64,000 nt of DNA from the human T2T-CHM13v2.0 reference genome, Homo sapiens, in NCBI RefSeq assembly GCF_009914755.1, contig NC_060928.1, one strand, 5' to 3'. Shown piece by piece: positions 57,647 through 64,000 of the stretch (within the stretch, counting starts at the first letter, position 1; every line of letters begins with the position of its first letter). Below the pieces are notes generated by a model. The model worked only from the letters and a program-made list of their open reading frames with translations, ran no database searches and had not been told where the DNA came from. The translations under genes and the position numbers were made by a program.

Positions 57647-57800
57647 GCTGGTCAATGTGGTGCATACCTGTAGTCCCAGATATTCACAAAGATGAGGCAG
57701 GAGGGTTGCTTGATCTCAGAATTCAAGACCAGCCTGTGCTGCTCTAGCACAATCCCATCTCTTAAAAAAAAAAAAAAAAGAAAGAAAGAAAAAGAAAAAC
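57647..57800 (+). mobile_element. Free Alu monomer (FLAM-like)
   Basis: CCTGTAGTCCCAG...GAGGCAGGAGGGTTGCTTGA...TTCAAGACCAGCCTG...CCCATCTCT plus A tail. Confidence 0.8.
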
Positions 57801-57954
57801 AATGATATATCTAAATATTATATGACATATTTATTGTATGACATATGCAAGAATAACATATTAGGTACATTTATAGAAAAGCCACTCTTATTGTTGTAAG
57901 AAAAATGTGTCTTATTGTAAGAGTATTACATAGTTTGTAAAACATGGTTGGATG

Positions 57955-60017
<2,063 letters not shown>

Positions 60018-60020
<3 letters not shown>

Positions 60021-60130
60021 ATATATTTTTATAATATATATATTTATATATATAATATATATTACATATATTATATATATTTACTATATATAATATGTAT
60101 GTATTTAATATATATTATATATATATATAT
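60018..60130. repeat. (TA)n-rich low-complexity tract at the L1 tail
   Basis: Direct reading; lies between L1 3' end and residual TSD. Confidence 0.9.
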
Positions 60131-62751
60131 TTGGATGGACTGAAGAAATCTATTCTCTACTGATCTTCAAGGAAAGATATCCAAATTTCCACTGTAGTTT
60201 TGTGCTGCCAAGATTGTGGCTGCCTCTAGAACTACCAGAAAGCTGTAGAATCAGGAAGTTATCATCATGGCTCTATGTTCCTCTGTCACTACCAGGAAGC
60301 CTTGTTCTAAAATGGAAATATGCTGGACAGTTGCTCAGTCCAGAGCTATGCCTTTTCTGCTCCAACGTGCAGCTGCAAAACTAAGGTTAAAACATGCCCC
60401 TTGATGCTCTTAAAACCACAGAATAGGCACTAAGACCTCTGAAATAGCAGCTGGGCAGGACAGGGGAGAGGCAACGGAGACAAATGCTGTCACTTCTGCA
60501 CTTGCCAGAGGAAACAACAGAAGCAGCAGATGTTAGGCAGGATTCTACCTTGCAGTGTTCTATTTCTGCTTTCCAAATATTTTACAGATAAGTCTGATAG
60601 GTGATACTTCAAACATACCTGTAAACTGAGTCATACATATTCTAGCATCAGGCCTCTGTGGCATAGAAATGTACACTAGGAGAAGGTTGGAATGGATGCT
60701 GAGTTGGCAGATGGACAGTATCTGCAAAAGAACGTTGCTGAAAGTTTGCTTGTGATTGTTCCTGTGAGATGGTAGGCTCTGAGATAATTTGTAGGCACAG
60801 GGTTGAAAATTTTGTGTTTTATGATTACCAAGCATAGAAGGCACCTAACTAGTTCCATCATTTAAGAATCATTATTCACTGTATGACCGTCTCAGCAAAC
60901 TATGATTAATGGTTGTTATTTTCCTCAAGATATGACAAAATATTGTTTTTTTTTGCAAGAATCACTTTACTAGACTATACTAAATGGATGTCAAGTATTG
61001 GAAATTATGCTATTTAAAAAATACTAACCCAATGTATGGATCTTTTAAGGGTCCACAGTTTATTCATTCATTGCACAAATATTGTTATAGTATTTTATAT
61101 ATTCTATAAATATACATAATCGCAGAATGTAATAAATTACAAGGGAAAGAGAGGAGGATTATAGTACTGTACCTAAGTCATATTTTTCATTTTATGATAC
61201 ACATTAACTTACTTCAGTATCTCTGGAACTGGTATTCAACTTAAATACATTTCATGAAAGCAGCGTTTATGATATAGATGCCTTTGTCTCCATGTCCATA
61301 AAGATAGTTATGTTAACAATTATTTTCACCTCATTTGAGCTGTATACAATACTATGTTATCTGAATTTTTAAATTTAATTACCACTCAAAGTATTTTTTC
61401 ACATCATCTAGAAATTTGATACATATTCATATTTTAAATGTGATCATGGTTTTATGATTATATATTAAATATCTTAAAGATATACTTGAGAGATATACAT
61501 ATAAATAGTAAGACTCTATAATAAGATTTTTTAAAGCAATAAAATTAGTAGTGAATATGTATATTCAACTTATAACCATATTAAGGTAACATCTGATGTT
61601 AATAATGTAAATAAATTTGTAACAACCAAACAAGGCAAATGTTTCTTTTTCCAAAGCAATTGAAATTCCAATACTTCATGAGATAGTAAGAAGGTTAAAA
61701 AATGTAAAATAGACTAAGGTATTAGAAATTGAAACAGATCAATGTCCCATTTTCATTTACAAAGGACTACCTTTGGGTTTTAAATAAAGTATTTTGAGTT
61801 ATATCTTCATTCTCCTTTATTAACATTTGTTACTAAATTATTGGTGGTTTTATATATATTGTTTATATTATTTGTGTAGCTTTGTGTGCTTTGCTTAATT
61901 AACTGACTTTAGGAATGGATATTTAGTTATGCTTTTACATCGTTTGTATATGCTTTAGAAAACTAATTCTGTTACTAATTATATCACTTTCTAAAATATT
62001 ACAAAAGTTACATTATCAGGAAAACTGGGTGGGTATGTGCACAAAATATTCTTTGCTTTGTCACTAGACTAGAACAGGTGCTGTACAGATATGAGAACAC
62101 ATAGGACTGAGAGGGATTCAGGGGATCATACTATTATCCTTACTGTCCTCAAGTAAAGCCACATAACCATTTAAAGTAAATGAATTGAACATGAAATCAT
62201 GACCAAGACTTGCAGACAATAGAATACATCTCCTGAGTGAACAAGTTACATTTTTGTGACCCTTACTTTTAACTCACGGAAACTTCCTTTTCTCCTAACC
62301 AAATCTCCTTCTACAACATCTCAATTGTATTAATACTTTCGTGGATTTCAAAAACCATTTATCATTATCTGTTGCAAAATGATCCTTCTTTATAGATGAC
62401 AATGATTTCTAATCCATTTCTTATTCTCTTCAGTCTAAAGTGATGTTATTTACATTCTTTCGAATCTGTATTTTCTGAAGTTTTAATTTGACTCTTGTCT
62501 TTTCACTTTTTTTTAGATCTTTACAGAATATAACACAAAGATGAGAAAATTTGGAAAACTTTATATTCTATCACAGTAATGAAATAGTTGCCCTCAATAG
62601 ACTTTCTAGCCAGATTTTCAGGAAAGGCCATTCAGATTAGATGAGTATTGATTATTATTATTATTAGATGTTTAGATGATTCCTTTCCAAGTGAATACTG
62701 AATGCTAAAATTACATAAAGGCTAAAGTTAAAGACCGCTAAATAATATAAT

Positions 62752-63335
62752 ATTATGCCCTTTCAATTCCCCACATCCCCTATATTCTTCACAGCCTCTG
62801 GCAATGATTATTCTGTTCTCGATGTGTGTAACTTTTTTGTGCTCCCACATATAAGTGAGAACACGCAATATCTGTCTTTCTTGCCTGGCTTATGTAACTT
62901 CATATAATGTCCTCCAGTTCCATCCCTGTTATTGCAAATGACAAGATTTCATTAATTTTTGAAGGCTGGATAATATTCAGTTATGTAGATGTACCACATA
63001 TTCTTTATCGATTAATCCCATGTTGGACAATTGGTTCAATCCACAGCTTGGCTAATTTGATTAGTGCTGCTAAAAGCATGAAAGTTAGATAGAATGGGTA
63101 AGATCTAGTATCTGTTAGCACAATAGGGAAACTATCATTAATTTATCATACATTTTAAAGTAAATAAAAGAGAGGAAGTGGATTTTTTCTAACACAAGGA
63201 TACCCAAATTACCCTGGTTGATCATTACACATTGTATGCTTGTATCAAAACATTACATGTACCCCATAAATATGTGCCATATATGTAATGGCTATATGTA
63301 CCCATAATAATGAAAAATAAACAACTAAACAAAAA
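62752..63335 (+). mobile_element. L1MA 3' end with 5' inversion (62752-63085 minus; ~63085-63335 plus)
   Basis: Antisense CCCACATATAAGTGAGAAC...CCAGTTCCATCC, then sense TTAGATAGAATG...GATCATTACACATTGTATGC...GTACCCATAA plus A-rich tail. Confidence 0.8.
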
Positions 63336-63764
63336 TAATAATATACTTTACAAAATAAGATTTCACTTTAAATCTTAAATTGGAAGTTTATGATACAAAG
63401 AATCAGATTTAGATTCTTAAATTGCCTTTCACCAAAAAAGGATATTTGGATTCCAGACCACTAAGACTCAGCTATAATCTCATTTAATGCAATAATATGG
63501 CTAGAAGTTTTGTTGAAATTAAAAATTTAAAAGAAAGGACAGTTACCCAGAAAGGAACTAATAATTCACCTTGAAGCATTGTTCAGTAGAGCAGTGGTTC
63601 TTTTGCAGAGTGAATTTTTATTCTTTTACCCCATCAGCAAGGCGATGACCATTGAGAAGCATTATGTGCCTTTAAACCTCTAGATTTTTACATAACATTA
63701 TGTTCTGTTTGGAAAACAATGCTTTCTTCTCTCTTCCAGTAACTTTTCCTTACTCACATTCATT

Positions 63765-64000
63765 TCTTTCAAGAATATAATACATTGTTATTAACTATAA
63801 TCCCTGTGATGTATGTAGATCTCTTGAAATTTTTCCTTCTAACTGAAATTTTGTAACCTTTGACAAATATCCTTACCCACAACTTCAGCCTCAGGTAATC
63901 ATCATTTTACTCTCTGTTTTCATGAGTTTAACTTTTAAGATTTCACATATAAGAGTGAGATCACGCAGTATTTGTCTTCTGTGCCAGGCTTGTTTCACTT
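63765..64000 (-). mobile_element. L1MA/MB 3' region, continues beyond window
   Basis: AATACATTGTTATTAACTATA...GTAGATCTCTTGAA...GTGAGATCACGCAGTATTTGTCTT. Confidence 0.8.

Noticed and set aside
60190-60570. GC-richer segment, possibly an old LTR or an exon
   Set aside because: Could not assign a family or a consistent splice-bounded reading frame

Overview
AT-rich, CpG-poor mammalian genomic DNA. It is almost certainly human, since an AluYa5 carries all five diagnostic bases. I find no supportable host protein-coding exon, tRNA/rRNA gene or CpG island, so the window reads as gene desert or the interior of a very large intron. Much of it is transposable elements: L1PA/L1PB/L1M LINEs (three with 5' twin-priming inversions), Alus (Ya5, Y, S, J, monomer), three complete MaLR proviruses with intact 5-bp TSDs (MSTA-like, THE1, MST-like), solo LTRs (LTR12, MER21-, MER34-, LTR16-, LTR33-, MER68/77-like), MIR/L2 and MER DNA transposons. 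Most ORFs in the track are repeat-derived or chance; the only recognisable protein remnants are L1 ORF2 and MaLR internal ORF pieces. I found no new multi-gene system. The most unusual observations are: a 150-bp non-repeat retroposed insert with poly(A) and perfect 15-bp TSD (37256-37405); an L1 carrying a copy of apparently its own 3'UTR inside ORF2; a THE1 provirus with discordant LTRs; a tandem duplication with a fold-back junction; and recurrent fold-back micro-insertions. Subfamily names come from remembered consensus sequences, not a database search. Boundaries without TSDs are approximate.
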